A stretch of DNA of 64,000 bases, from assembly GCA_014729135.1 (NCBI GenBank), contig WJKK01000001.1, positions 325,462 through 389,461 of the forward strand, read 5' to 3'. Shown piece after piece: positions 1 through 9,035 of this stretch. The position numbers and the translations under genes are program-made. Positions within the stretch are counted from its first letter, which is position 1. Every line of letters begins with the position of its first letter. Source of the DNA: a candidate division WWE3 bacterium. Lineage in GTDB: Bacteria; Patescibacteriota; WWE3; UBA101185; UBA10185. The notes under the pieces were generated by a model, which was not told the origin of the DNA, did no database searches, and saw nothing but the letters and a program-made list of their open reading frames with translations.

Positions 1-1
1 A

Positions 2-787
2 GTATATTTCGAAAAAGATATTAACGAAAGCGCCGCATTTGACTCTGTGAAGGCAAAAAAATCCTTTATTCTTAAGGAATCTTCCAAGAGAAATAATCTG
101 CAGCACATTTTGAAAAATCCTGACATCTACGAGGAGTTACTGTTACAAGTTACCTACAATACAAACAGTATAGAAGGAAGCACTTTAACTAAAGCAGATA
201 CAGCTGCTGTTCTATTTGAAAACAAGAGTCTGCCGGGCAAAAATTTAATAGAGCATTTGGAGGCAAAGAATCATCAGACTGCTTTTAAGTATCTGTTTGA
301 TTGGCTGGACGAAAGTGGCGCTAAACAGACTATAAATGAGCAGTTAATTTCTAAACTGCATCTTCTTTTAATGCATGGGATTTTGGATAATGCCGGAAAT
401 TATCGTGCTCATCCTGTGCGTATTGTGGGTTCCAATGTTCCTACAGCAAATTCATTGAAGGTTCCTGAATTAATGGAGGATTTGGTTGCGGAAATTAATA
501 GTGAATCTGCAGATGTTATTGCAAAGGTTGCCCGAATCCACAGTAAATTTGAGCAGATTCATCCTTTTAGTGATGGTAATGGTAGATTAGGCAGGTTGCT
601 TATTATTGCAATGCTTTTGCGTGAGAATATAGCGCCGGCAGTTGTTCAGCAAGATCAAAAGCAGGAGTATTTGGATGCTTTAAATAAGTCTCAGCTAAAA
701 GAAGATCACGGCCTTTTGGAGGATTTTATTTGTGATTCAATTATTTTTGGAATTAAGATTTTGAATCGTAACACTCTTGTTTCATAA
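2..787 (+). CDS. Fic-domain protein, 5' end truncated by the window edge
   Basis: Canonical Fic motif HPFSDGNGRLGR and TYNTNSIEG; the frame is open from position 2, so the true start lies upstream of the window. Confidence 0.9.
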   Translation, partial: VYFEKDINESAAFDSVKAKKSFILKESSKRNNLQHILKNPDIYEELLLQVTYNTNSIEGSTLTKADTAAVLFENKSLPGKNLIEHLEAKNHQTAFKYLFDWLDESGAKQTINEQLISKLHLLLMHGILDNAGNYRAHPVRIVGSNVPTANSLKVPELMEDLVAEINSESADVIAKVARIHSKFEQIHPFSDGNGRLGRLLIIAMLLRENIAPAVVQQDQKQEYLDALNKSQLKEDHGLLEDFICDSIIFGIKILNRNTLVS

Positions 788-842
788 ATTGGCTTTTTGA
801 CTTTAGTTTCTGTATCTAGGGGATTTCTCCATCTCACATCTG

Positions 843-871
843 TTGACCCCTATCCACTAATGTGCTAACTT
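843..871 (+). promoter_or_regulatory. sigma70 promoter of nusA-infB
   Basis: TTGACC-17 bp-TAACTT with TG extended -10. Confidence 0.55.
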
Positions 872-906
872 AACCATGGCAGTATAAAGGTGAATACTTA
901 ATGTTC

Positions 907-930
907 AAGTGGGGTCTCACCCACTTTCTT
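907..930 (+). promoter_or_regulatory. rimP-leader-like hairpin/attenuator upstream of nusA
   Basis: AAGTGGG-gtctca-CCCACTT followed by a T-rich tract; same form as the leader hairpin of rimP-nusA-infB operons. Confidence 0.6.
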
Positions 931-953
931 TATATATGCGGTAAAATAACGAT

Positions 954-2147
954 ATGGCAATAACAGAATTTAATGCAGCAGTAAACCAAATAGCAACCGA
1001 ACGTGGAATCTCCGTGGAGAGCGTAATTGAATCCATTGAGAGTGCCCTAATTTCCGCTTACAAAAAAGACTACGGAGAGAACGTTGAAAACGACTCCGAA
1101 GAAGAAGCTGCTCTTGAAGAAGAATCCCTAACTGCAGAACTTGACCCATTAACCGGAGAAGCAAAGGTTTTTAAAGACGGCAAGGACGTGACCCCTTCCG
1201 GATTTGGCCGAATAGCAGCTCAAACAGCAAAGCAAGTCATTTATCAAAAGATCCGTGAAACAGAAAAAGATGTAGTTTTAGGTGAATATGAAGACAAAGT
1301 GGGCGAAATAGTTAATGGTCACATTTTTAGAATAGAAAATAACGTTATTGTTATAGATTTAGGTAAAGCGCATGGAATTTTGCTTCCTAATGAGCAGATT
1401 CCCGATGAAGAATATCGTGTTAATCAGCGATTGAAAGCTGTTGTTAGGGGTGTTAGAGACTCCGGTAAAGGTCCGGAAGTTATGGTAAGTCGTGCAGCTC
1501 CTGAGTTTGTAACCAAGCTTTTTGAACAGGAGGTTCCTGAGATTGCTTCTGAAGTTGTTGTTATAGAGGCTATTGCTAGAGAGCCCGGTTCCCGAACTAA
1601 AATGGCGGTTTCTTCCAATGATGAGCGAATTGATCCTGTGGGGAGTTGTGTGGGCCAAAAAGGTGTTCGCGTTCAATCTGTTATAGCTGAGCTTAACGGG
1701 GAGAAAATTGATATTGTTCCTTTTTCTGAGGATTCGGCAAAGTTTATTGCTTCGGCGCTTTCTCCTGCTCGTGTTACGGATGTGGCTTTGGATAGGGAAA
1801 ATAAGGTTGCTACGGTTTCGGTTCCTGAGGATCAGCAGAGTTTGGCCATTGGTAAGGCCGGTCAAAATGCTCGTTTGGCTAATAAGCTTACGGATTGGAA
1901 AATTGATATTAAGGGGGCTGCTGACTTTTTTGACGAGGAGACGGGAGAAGCAAAGGAGTCAGAGGTTCAGGGAGGTATTTGGGATGAGCTTATTCAAAAG
2001 GTTGAGGATGACGAAGAGAAGGAGAACGCAGAGGACGAATCCGTATCAGAGTCCGGAACGACTGCGGAAGAGGAAACTGAAACCAAAGAAACCCAAGAAG
2101 AAGAAAAAGAAAACGAAGAAACTACAGAAACAAGCGAAAATGAGTAA
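954..2147 (+). CDS. nusA: Transcription termination/antitermination factor NusA
   Basis: FGRIAAQTAKQV, S1 and KH domains (AREPGSRTK, DPVGSCVG, AIGKAGQNARLA); acidic C-terminal tail. Confidence 0.98.
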   Translation: MAITEFNAAVNQIATERGISVESVIESIESALISAYKKDYGENVENDSEEEAALEEESLTAELDPLTGEAKVFKDGKDVTPSGFGRIAAQTAKQVIYQKIRETEKDVVLGEYEDKVGEIVNGHIFRIENNVIVIDLGKAHGILLPNEQIPDEEYRVNQRLKAVVRGVRDSGKGPEVMVSRAAPEFVTKLFEQEVPEIASEVVVIEAIAREPGSRTKMAVSSNDERIDPVGSCVGQKGVRVQSVIAELNGEKIDIVPFSEDSAKFIASALSPARVTDVALDRENKVATVSVPEDQQSLAIGKAGQNARLANKLTDWKIDIKGAADFFDEETGEAKESEVQGGIWDELIQKVEDDEEKENAEDESVSESGTTAEEETETKETQEEEKENEETTETSENE

Positions 2148-2171
2148 AATCATGAACCGTTTAAATAAAAC

Positions 2172-3662
2172 ATGGCAAAAAAAGACACAAACAACAACTC
2201 AAAATATGTCAGAGCGCCTATTGTCACCTTTATGGGACATGTTGACCACGGCAAAACAAGTCTTCTTGATGCCATTCGTGACACTAGCGTTCAAAAAGGC
2301 GAATACGGCGGTATTACGCAACATGTAGGTGCTTACTCCATTGAGCACAACTCTCAAAAAATTACATTTATAGATACTCCCGGTCATAGTGCTTTTACGC
2401 AAATGCGTGCTCGTGGCGGTAAAGCTGCAGATGTAGTGGTTTTGGTTGTGGCTGCAGACGATGGGGTTATGCCTCAAACAAAAGAGGCTATAGCTCATGC
2501 AAAAGCTGCTAACGTTCCCATGATTGTGGCCATCAATAAAATGGATGTTGCCGGCGCTAATCCGGATAAGGTTAAGCAGCAGCTGGCTCAGGAAAACGTT
2601 TTAGTAGAAGATTGGGGAGGCGATATTGTCTCTGTAGAGGTTTCAGCTGAAACTAAGGACAATCTGGACACTCTTTTGGATGCAATTTTAGCAGTGTCGG
2701 ATCTTTTGGAGCTAGAGGCAGATTCTACGGATGAGTTGGAGGCTATAATCATTGAGTCTAAGAAGGATCCTAAGAAAGGCGTTGTTGTAAATTGCATTAT
2801 TCGCAATGGTACTTTGCAGGTGGGGGATGAGATTCAGGCTAGCGGTTTGGAGGCTAAGGTTAAGCGTATTACTGATGAACATGGGCAAAGTATTCAAGAA
2901 ACTACAGCTACGGCTCCGGTGAGTGTTTTAGGTTTTGGAGAGGTTCCTACAGTAGGCGATCTAATTGTTGAGCAGGGCAGTGAGTTAGCGGAGTTAGCTG
3001 TTGATCAGGATCATGTCGAAATTATAGGTACTAATGCTGCAAACATGGTTTCCATTATTTTAAAGGCTGATACAAAAGGAACTTTAGAGGCTGTTAAGGC
3101 AAGCTTAGCGGATTTGGTGACTTCTTCAGTAGGGAAGACTTTTTCATTAAAGTTTATTCAAACTTCAACAGGCTCAATAACTGATTCAGATGTTTTATTG
3201 GCTCAAAGCGTGGAGGGTGTGGTTATAGGGTTTAATGTAGCTATTTCAAACTCGGCGGATACACTGGCTCATAGTTTGAGTATTCCGGTAAAGACTTATA
3301 AGACTATTTATGACCTATTAGATGAGGCTGAAGATTTATTGAAGTGGACGGCTGAAAAGGAAGAGGCCAAGATAAAAGGTCGTGCTGGTGTTTTGAAGCT
3401 TTTTAAGTTGCGTTCAGGGGATATTGTGGCCGGTTGCACTGTTATGGCAGGGAGAATGCCAAGGAATGCCTCCGTTGCCGTTTATGACAAAAATCCTGCT
3501 GACGTTGAAGAAGATGAAGAACCTCTATATCGAGGGAGAATTAAGAAAGTGCAGTCAGGTACGGAGGAGGTCTCTTCTATAGGCAAAGGCAATGAATGTG
3601 GAATCATGTTAAAGCCTCAGTTTGAAGATATAAAACCCGGTATGTTTATTGAAGTTGTTTAG
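2172..3662 (+). CDS. infB: Translation initiation factor IF-2, short form without the N-terminal domains
   Basis: [28 protein letters not shown]; follows nusA. Confidence 0.97.
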   Translation: MAKKDTNNNSKYVRAPIVTFMGHVDHGKTSLLDAIRDTSVQKGEYGGITQHVGAYSIEHNSQKITFIDTPGHSAFTQMRARGGKAADVVVLVVAADDGVMPQTKEAIAHAKAANVPMIVAINKMDVAGANPDKVKQQLAQENVLVEDWGGDIVSVEVSAETKDNLDTLLDAILAVSDLLELEADSTDELEAIIIESKKDPKKGVVVNCIIRNGTLQVGDEIQASGLEAKVKRITDEHGQSIQETTATAPVSVLGFGEVPTVGDLIVEQGSELAELAVDQDHVEIIGTNAANMVSIILKADTKGTLEAVKASLADLVTSSVGKTFSLKFIQTSTGSITDSDVLLAQSVEGVVIGFNVAISNSADTLAHSLSIPVKTYKTIYDLLDEAEDLLKWTAEKEEAKIKGRAGVLKLFKLRSGDIVAGCTVMAGRMPRNASVAVYDKNPADVEEDEEPLYRGRIKKVQSGTEEVSSIGKGNECGIMLKPQFEDIKPGMFIEVV

Positions 3663-3692
3663 TTTGCTTTAGAAAAGTGTTCTCCAAGAATT

Positions 3693-3721
3693 TTGACAAA
3701 GTACCCTATAACTGGTAAAAT
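3693..3721 (+). promoter_or_regulatory. sigma70 promoter
   Basis: TTGACA-17 bp-TAAAAT with TG extension. Confidence 0.65.
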
Positions 3722-3781
3722 CCCACGAGATCAAAAAAGTAACAACTTGATCTAATTTCCTGCCAAAAAGGTAAATAGTAT

Positions 3782-4438
3782 ATGAATACACAAGAAATTG
3801 ATACTGGAAAAGTCAAAAATTTAATAGAAAACGCCCAAACTATAGCGGTAGTGCCCTCCGAAGTTGCCGGTGCGGATTCTTTTAGTGCAGCTGCAGGTCT
3901 TTATTACACGTTGCAAGCAGCCGGAAAAGACGTATCTCTTGTTTATATTGGCAATATTCCTGCTGAAGCTAAAGGGCTTATAGATGCTGAAAAATTAACA
4001 AAAGACATTTATGCACGCCAACTTAGCATTTCCATTGATTATTCTGATACACCGGCTAGCAAATTAGCCTATTCAAATGAAGATAACGTTTTAAAGTTGG
4101 TTTTATCTCCTATTTCTAAGGATTTTGATCGCTCTAAAATTAAAACCAGAATAGAAGGAAACGATTTTGACTTAATTCTTGTTCTAGGTGTTCAATCTCC
4201 TGATGATTTGGGAATTGTCTATAAAGAATTGCAGGATGACTTTGCAGGAGCAGATGTTGTGAATATTGATAATACCTCCATGAATTTGTTACATGGGGAT
4301 GTAAATTTTATTGATACAACAGCGGCCAATTTAAGTGAGTTAGTATTTAAATTACTTTCTAAAGTAGGTCTTGTACCTAACGGAAGGGCTGCAAAGGCTC
4401 TCCTTGTAGGTATGACGTATAGGGAGCCTCAAGAGTAA
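3782..4438 (+). CDS. Degenerate DHH/NrnA-like protein, N-terminal domain only
   Basis: Position after infB; DHH-like architecture (AD-S-SAAAGL, VVNIDN, SELVF) but DHH replaced by DNT and no DHHA1 domain. Confidence 0.6.
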   Translation: MNTQEIDTGKVKNLIENAQTIAVVPSEVAGADSFSAAAGLYYTLQAAGKDVSLVYIGNIPAEAKGLIDAEKLTKDIYARQLSISIDYSDTPASKLAYSNEDNVLKLVLSPISKDFDRSKIKTRIEGNDFDLILVLGVQSPDDLGIVYKELQDDFAGADVVNIDNTSMNLLHGDVNFIDTTAANLSELVFKLLSKVGLVPNGRAAKALLVGMTYREPQE

Positions 4439-4513
4439 CCTTTGGGATCAATTTCCAGAGGACTTGGAAGACCCGGAGTTTGCTGCAGAATAAAGGCAAA
4501 GAAAGTCAAAGTG

Positions 4514-4542
4514 TTGATAGGCTGAAACATCTTTGTTAGAAT
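4514..4542 (+). promoter_or_regulatory. rpsO promoter
   Basis: TTGATA-17 bp-TAGAAT with TG extension; ATG only 11 nt after the -10, leaving no room for an S15-binding leader. Confidence 0.6.
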
Positions 4543-4553
4543 AGCTATTGCTT

Positions 4554-4823
4554 ATGGCGTTACCAAAAGATTTAAAAGACAAAATAATTAACGATTATCA
4601 AGTGCACGAGGAAGATACAGGATCTCCTGAGGTTCAAATTGCCCTATTAACTGAAAGAATTTCCCAATTAGCCGACCACTTAAAGACTCACAAAAAGGAT
4701 AACCACTCTAGAAGAGGTCTATTGCAGCTTGTGGGGAAGAGACGTCGCCTTCTTTCCTATTTAAAAGGAAAAGACAAGGAACGTTACAAGACGGTTACTA
4801 AGAAATTAGGCCTTAAATCCTAA
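4554..4823 (+). CDS. rpsO: 30S ribosomal protein S15
   Basis: [24 protein letters not shown]. Confidence 0.98.
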   Translation: MALPKDLKDKIINDYQVHEEDTGSPEVQIALLTERISQLADHLKTHKKDNHSRRGLLQLVGKRRRLLSYLKGKDKERYKTVTKKLGLKS

Positions 4824-4895
4824 TAAATTCAGCACTCCGTTTGCAATTTTCGTTGATTTATACTATAAAGTTAACAATTATTAATTATAAGTAAA

Positions 4896-5055
4896 GGAAG
4901 TTTAGTAGAGGATTTGGATTAAGGGTTAAATATTGGACATTATTCTCATTTAGGATTTTCCCGTTAGATAGAAACTTATCTAGAAGAAGGAATTTAAGTG
5001 AGTTTTAATAGTGTGACAAATATTTTATTCCTTAATCTATTCTTAAAACACTTCC
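4896..5055 (+). promoter_or_regulatory. Long imperfect hairpin in the pnp 5' leader
   Basis: Nested inverted repeats ggaag/cttcc, ggattaaggg/tccttaatct, acattatt/aatagtgt, ctcattta/taagtgag, tagata/tatcta; G-U pairs favour the + strand. Confidence 0.65.
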
Positions 5056-5075
5056 CATAGAAGAAAGGTAAAAAA

Positions 5076-7199
5076 ATGAATAAATATGTGAAAAAAGAGA
5101 TCGAGCTAGCCGGTAGAAAATTGGTATTGGAAACCGGTGAGTTGGCCATGCAAGCAAACATGGCAGTAAAAGTAAGTTATGCTGATTCTGTAGTTTTGTC
5201 TACAGCAGTGCAGGGAGGGATGAATCCCGATTTGGACTATTTCCCTTTGCGAGTTCAGTACGAGGAGAAGCTTTACGCAAGTGGATCTATTAAGACTTCT
5301 CGCTTTGTTAAGAGAGAAGGTCGCCCAACGGATGAGGCCACAGTAACGCGCCGTTTGGTGGATCATGCTATTCGTCCTTTGTTTCCCGAAGATTATCGAA
5401 ATGAAGTGCAAGTGGTAAATACCGTTTTATCCTATGATCCTGCTGCTTCACCTACGTTTTTGAGTTTAATTGGAACTTCTGCTGCTTTAACGGCTTCGGA
5501 CATTCCTTGGACCGGACTGATGGTATCAGCAATTGTAGGTTATGTTGAAGGTTCTTATGTTTTGAATCCTACTGAGGAGGAACTGGAAGAATCCGAGATT
5601 GATTTGACTGTTTCCTTTGTTGGAGAGGATTTGAAGTATTTGGCTATGGAAGCTGAAGTTGAGAACCTCCCCGAAGAAGTAGTTTTAGGGGCTATTGAAT
5701 TTGCTCGTAATGAACTTAAACCGGTGGTTACCTTTATAAAGGAGTTTGCTGAGGAGCTAAATCCTGAGGGTGCCAAGGCCGACTATGAATCTTGTGCCCT
5801 ATCGGAAGAGCTTATTGAAGATGTTAAAGGCATAATTGGTGATAAAGTTGAAGACCTTTTATATGGTGGCTTTGTTGAAAAAGCAGCTTTCAGTGCTCGT
5901 CGTGATGCAATGATGGAGGAAGTTTATGAGAAGTTTGAAGGTACTTATAAGAAGAAAGACATGGCTAAAGCTTTTGAAGAGATCGAAAAAGATATTCTTC
6001 AAACGCGAGAAGTTCATGAAGGTAAACGCCCTGATGATCGCGACATTAATGAAGTCCGTGAAATTAGTACTAAGGTAAATATTTTACCTAGAACGCATGG
6101 AACAGCTTTGTTTACACGCGGTTTAACTCAGGTCATGACAGTTGCAACACTTGGCTCTCCTAACTTGGAGATGCTCATTCACGATATGTATGGTGAAGAA
6201 ACCAAGCGGTTCATGCACTTTTACAACTTCCCTCCCTTTTCAGTAGGAGAAGTTGGACGTATGGGTTGGCCCGGTGGAAGAGAGATTGGCCACGGAATGT
6301 TGGCTGAGCATGCTTTAAAAGCAGTTATCCCTACACAAGAGGAGTTCCCTTATACGATCGTGTTAATGTCCGAAACTCTGTCTTCAAGCGGATCCAGTTC
6401 TATGGCAGCTACTTGTGGTTCTACAATGGCTCTTATGGACGCTGGAGTTCCTATTAAGGACATGGTGGCAGGAATTGGTGTTGGCTTAATGGCTAACGAC
6501 GATTTCAGTGAGTATCGCATAATTACTGACCTTGCTTATCGTGAAGACGCCTTTGGTTTATTGGACTTTAAGATGACAGGTACCCGTACAGGAGTTACTG
6601 CCATCCAATCTGATATGAAGGCTCGCGGGATTCCTATGTCGCTCCTTCCTAAGATTTTTGAACAGTCTAAAGAGGCGCGGCTTCATGTTTTAGATCAGAT
6701 GGAAAAGACTATTAAAGAGCCTAAAGAGGGCGTTTCTGAGCATGCTCCTAAGAGCAGAGGTCTTCAAATTGATCCTGAAAAAATCGGGATGGTTATTGGC
6801 GGCGGTGGTAAGACCATTAAAGCCTTACAGGAAAAATCCGGGGCTGTTATTAGCATTGATGATGACGGAAGCGTTATTGTTACCGGTAAATCCGCTGAAG
6901 GTGTAGATCAGGCTGTTGAAGAGATAGAAGCAATTGTAAAAGACGTTGAAGTAGGAGAAGTTTATGAAGGTGAAGTTAAAGATATAGTCGACTTTGGTGC
7001 CTTTGTGGAAATTCTTCCCGGAAAAGAAGGTCTTCTACATGTTAGCGAAATTTCCCACGAATACGTAGAGGATGTTTCTGACTATCTTAAAAAAGGTGAT
7101 GAAGTTAAAGTTAAGGTTATTGATGTTAACCACGGTAAAATCGGGTTGTCCAAGAAGATCTTGGAAGATAAACCCGGCCGTCGTTCCAAAAGTCAGTAA
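5076..7199 (+). CDS. pnp: Polyribonucleotide nucleotidyltransferase (PNPase)
   Basis: Two RNase PH domains (HGTALFTRG, REIGHG, GSSSMA, DFK), then KH and S1; follows rpsO. Confidence 0.97.
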   Translation: MNKYVKKEIELAGRKLVLETGELAMQANMAVKVSYADSVVLSTAVQGGMNPDLDYFPLRVQYEEKLYASGSIKTSRFVKREGRPTDEATVTRRLVDHAIRPLFPEDYRNEVQVVNTVLSYDPAASPTFLSLIGTSAALTASDIPWTGLMVSAIVGYVEGSYVLNPTEEELEESEIDLTVSFVGEDLKYLAMEAEVENLPEEVVLGAIEFARNELKPVVTFIKEFAEELNPEGAKADYESCALSEELIEDVKGIIGDKVEDLLYGGFVEKAAFSARRDAMMEEVYEKFEGTYKKKDMAKAFEEIEKDILQTREVHEGKRPDDRDINEVREISTKVNILPRTHGTALFTRGLTQVMTVATLGSPNLEMLIHDMYGEETKRFMHFYNFPPFSVGEVGRMGWPGGREIGHGMLAEHALKAVIPTQEEFPYTIVLMSETLSSSGSSSMAATCGSTMALMDAGVPIKDMVAGIGVGLMANDDFSEYRIITDLAYREDAFGLLDFKMTGTRTGVTAIQSDMKARGIPMSLLPKIFEQSKEARLHVLDQMEKTIKEPKEGVSEHAPKSRGLQIDPEKIGMVIGGGGKTIKALQEKSGAVISIDDDGSVIVTGKSAEGVDQAVEEIEAIVKDVEVGEVYEGEVKDIVDFGAFVEILPGKEGLLHVSEISHEYVEDVSDYLKKGDEVKVKVIDVNHGKIGLSKKILEDKPGRRSKSQ

Positions 7200-7227
7200 C
7201 ATAACATAGAGATTTGGTAGAATTAAC

Positions 7228-8334
7228 TTGATAATGCCTGATAAACCTGCTCCTAACAAAGCGCCTTCAAAAGAGGTTCAGAACTACGTCTTTGATGAGT
7301 TGACCTCCCTTTCAGATAAGGTAGATAGTGTAGAGGGTATGCCTGAGGATCTTCAGGAGCGTATCCATCAGATGCTAAACCGTCTGGATAGGATGGCGCG
7401 TATGGGTCACTATGCTTCTGAGTTTGACACCCTCTCCCGTTATATTGAGGTTGTAACTTCTATTCCATGGGTTGCCCGAACGGAGGATAACCTGGATATA
7501 GAGCGTGCCCGTCAAATGTTGGATAGTCAGCACTATGGAATGCCTAATGTTAAAGAGCGCATTTTAGAGTATTTGGCTACAATGAATTTAATTAAGCGTC
7601 GAGGTGAAAATGCTATTGCCAAATCTCCGGTTTTGCTTTTAGTAGGGCTGCAGGGTGTTGGTAAAACTACCTTAGCTAAGTCAGTGGCAGACACTTTAGG
7701 GCGTGAGTTCATTCGTGTTGCCATGGGAGCTATTGGTTCCTCCTTTGAGCTTCGCGGAAAAAGTAAAGCTTTGCCGGGGGCAGAACCCGGCCAAATTATT
7801 AAAGCTTTAATGCGAACAAAGGTTCGAAATCCTCTTATTCTTTTGGATGAGATAGAGAAGGCCAGTGGAGACAAGTCCCTATTATCGGATGTTATGGCAA
7901 TCCTTTTGGAGATTTTGGATCCTAATCAGAACATTGCCTTTAGGGATCATTACGTGGATTATCCTGTTGATTTATCCCAGGTGCTTTTCATTTGTTCTGC
8001 AAACAACACGGGAACTTTGTCAGCAGCACTTCTAGACCGTATGGAGATTGTTAAGATGCCTTCCTATACCAACGAGGAAAAAGCTGTTATTGCACGTGAT
8101 TATCTTTTCCCAAAAATCCGTGAAGATTCCGGATTAAAAGAAGAAGAACTACAAATTGATCCAAGTCTTTGGCCCGAAATTGTTAATCCCTTTGGTTACG
8201 ATTCCGGCATTAGAAGTTTAGGACGTATTTTACAAAGCCTTTGCAGAAAAGTGGCCATGAAAATTGTTACGGGAGAAGCGGAAAGCGTTTATATTACGCA
8301 GGAAAATCTTAAGTATTTTATGCCTTCTTGGTAG
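7228..8334 (+). CDS. Lon-type AAA+ ATPase lacking the N-domain and protease domain
   Basis: HYGMPNVKERILEYLA, Walker A GLQGVGKT, NPLILLDEIEK, LEILDPNQN, LLDRME; ends at ENLKYF where Lon continues into its protease domain; alternative ATG at 7234. Confidence 0.85.
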   Translation: MIMPDKPAPNKAPSKEVQNYVFDELTSLSDKVDSVEGMPEDLQERIHQMLNRLDRMARMGHYASEFDTLSRYIEVVTSIPWVARTEDNLDIERARQMLDSQHYGMPNVKERILEYLATMNLIKRRGENAIAKSPVLLLVGLQGVGKTTLAKSVADTLGREFIRVAMGAIGSSFELRGKSKALPGAEPGQIIKALMRTKVRNPLILLDEIEKASGDKSLLSDVMAILLEILDPNQNIAFRDHYVDYPVDLSQVLFICSANNTGTLSAALLDRMEIVKMPSYTNEEKAVIARDYLFPKIREDSGLKEEELQIDPSLWPEIVNPFGYDSGIRSLGRILQSLCRKVAMKIVTGEAESVYITQENLKYFMPSW

Positions 8335-8379
8335 CTTACTTTTTTAAGGTTTCCTTTTGGAGTTTTAGAGTTTAAAGAT

Positions 8380-9033
8380 ATGAAAAAGATTGAAGTAATG
8401 GAAAAAATAACCGCAAAAGTTGAGAAGTGTGAGAAGTGTCGTTTATGTAAAGAGGCTAAAAACGCTGTTCCGGGTGAGGGGGACATTAACGCGGATATTG
8501 TTTTTATTGGAGAGGCTCCGGGGGCTAATGAGGATAAGACGGGGCGCCCTTTTGTAGGTCGGGCCGGACAACTCCTGGAATCTTTGCTTGGGGAAATAGG
8601 TTTAAGTCGCGAGGAAGTTTGGATAGGCAACATAATTAAGCATCGCCCTCCAAAAAATCGTGATCCTAAACCGGATGAAATAGCAGCTTGTGAGCCTTAC
8701 TTAACGGTTCAGCTAAGAACAATTCGGCCGAAATTGATTGTAACTTTGGGAAGATTTGCGATGTATTACTTTCATAAGGGAGGCAAAATTTCGCGAGATC
8801 GTGGTAACCTTATAAAAGTTGACTCAAAAAAGGTAGGCAGTGTTTTAAACGTTTATCCCGTTTATCACCCTGCTGCCGGTTTAAGAAATGGTCGTTTTAG
8901 GGAGGCTCTGGAGGAGGACTTCATGAGAATCCCCCAAATTTTGAAAGAAATTGAATTAGAACAAGTACAAAATAAGAACTCTTCCACTTATAGAGAGGAA
9001 GAGCAGAAAGGACAAATAAAATTGGATTTATAG
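8380..9033 (+). CDS. Uracil-DNA glycosylase, family 4
   Basis: CxxC, GEAPG, GRPFVGRAG, RPPKNRDP, YHPAA. Confidence 0.93.
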   Translation: MKKIEVMEKITAKVEKCEKCRLCKEAKNAVPGEGDINADIVFIGEAPGANEDKTGRPFVGRAGQLLESLLGEIGLSREEVWIGNIIKHRPPKNRDPKPDEIAACEPYLTVQLRTIRPKLIVTLGRFAMYYFHKGGKISRDRGNLIKVDSKKVGSVLNVYPVYHPAAGLRNGRFREALEEDFMRIPQILKEIELEQVQNKNSSTYREEEQKGQIKLDL

Positions 9034-9035
9034 AT

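Noticed and set aside
4440-4493. Off-frame peptide LWDQFPEDLEDPEFAAE reminiscent of HTH antitoxin N-termini
   Set aside because: Only 17 codons, no start, immediate stop; cannot be told from chance
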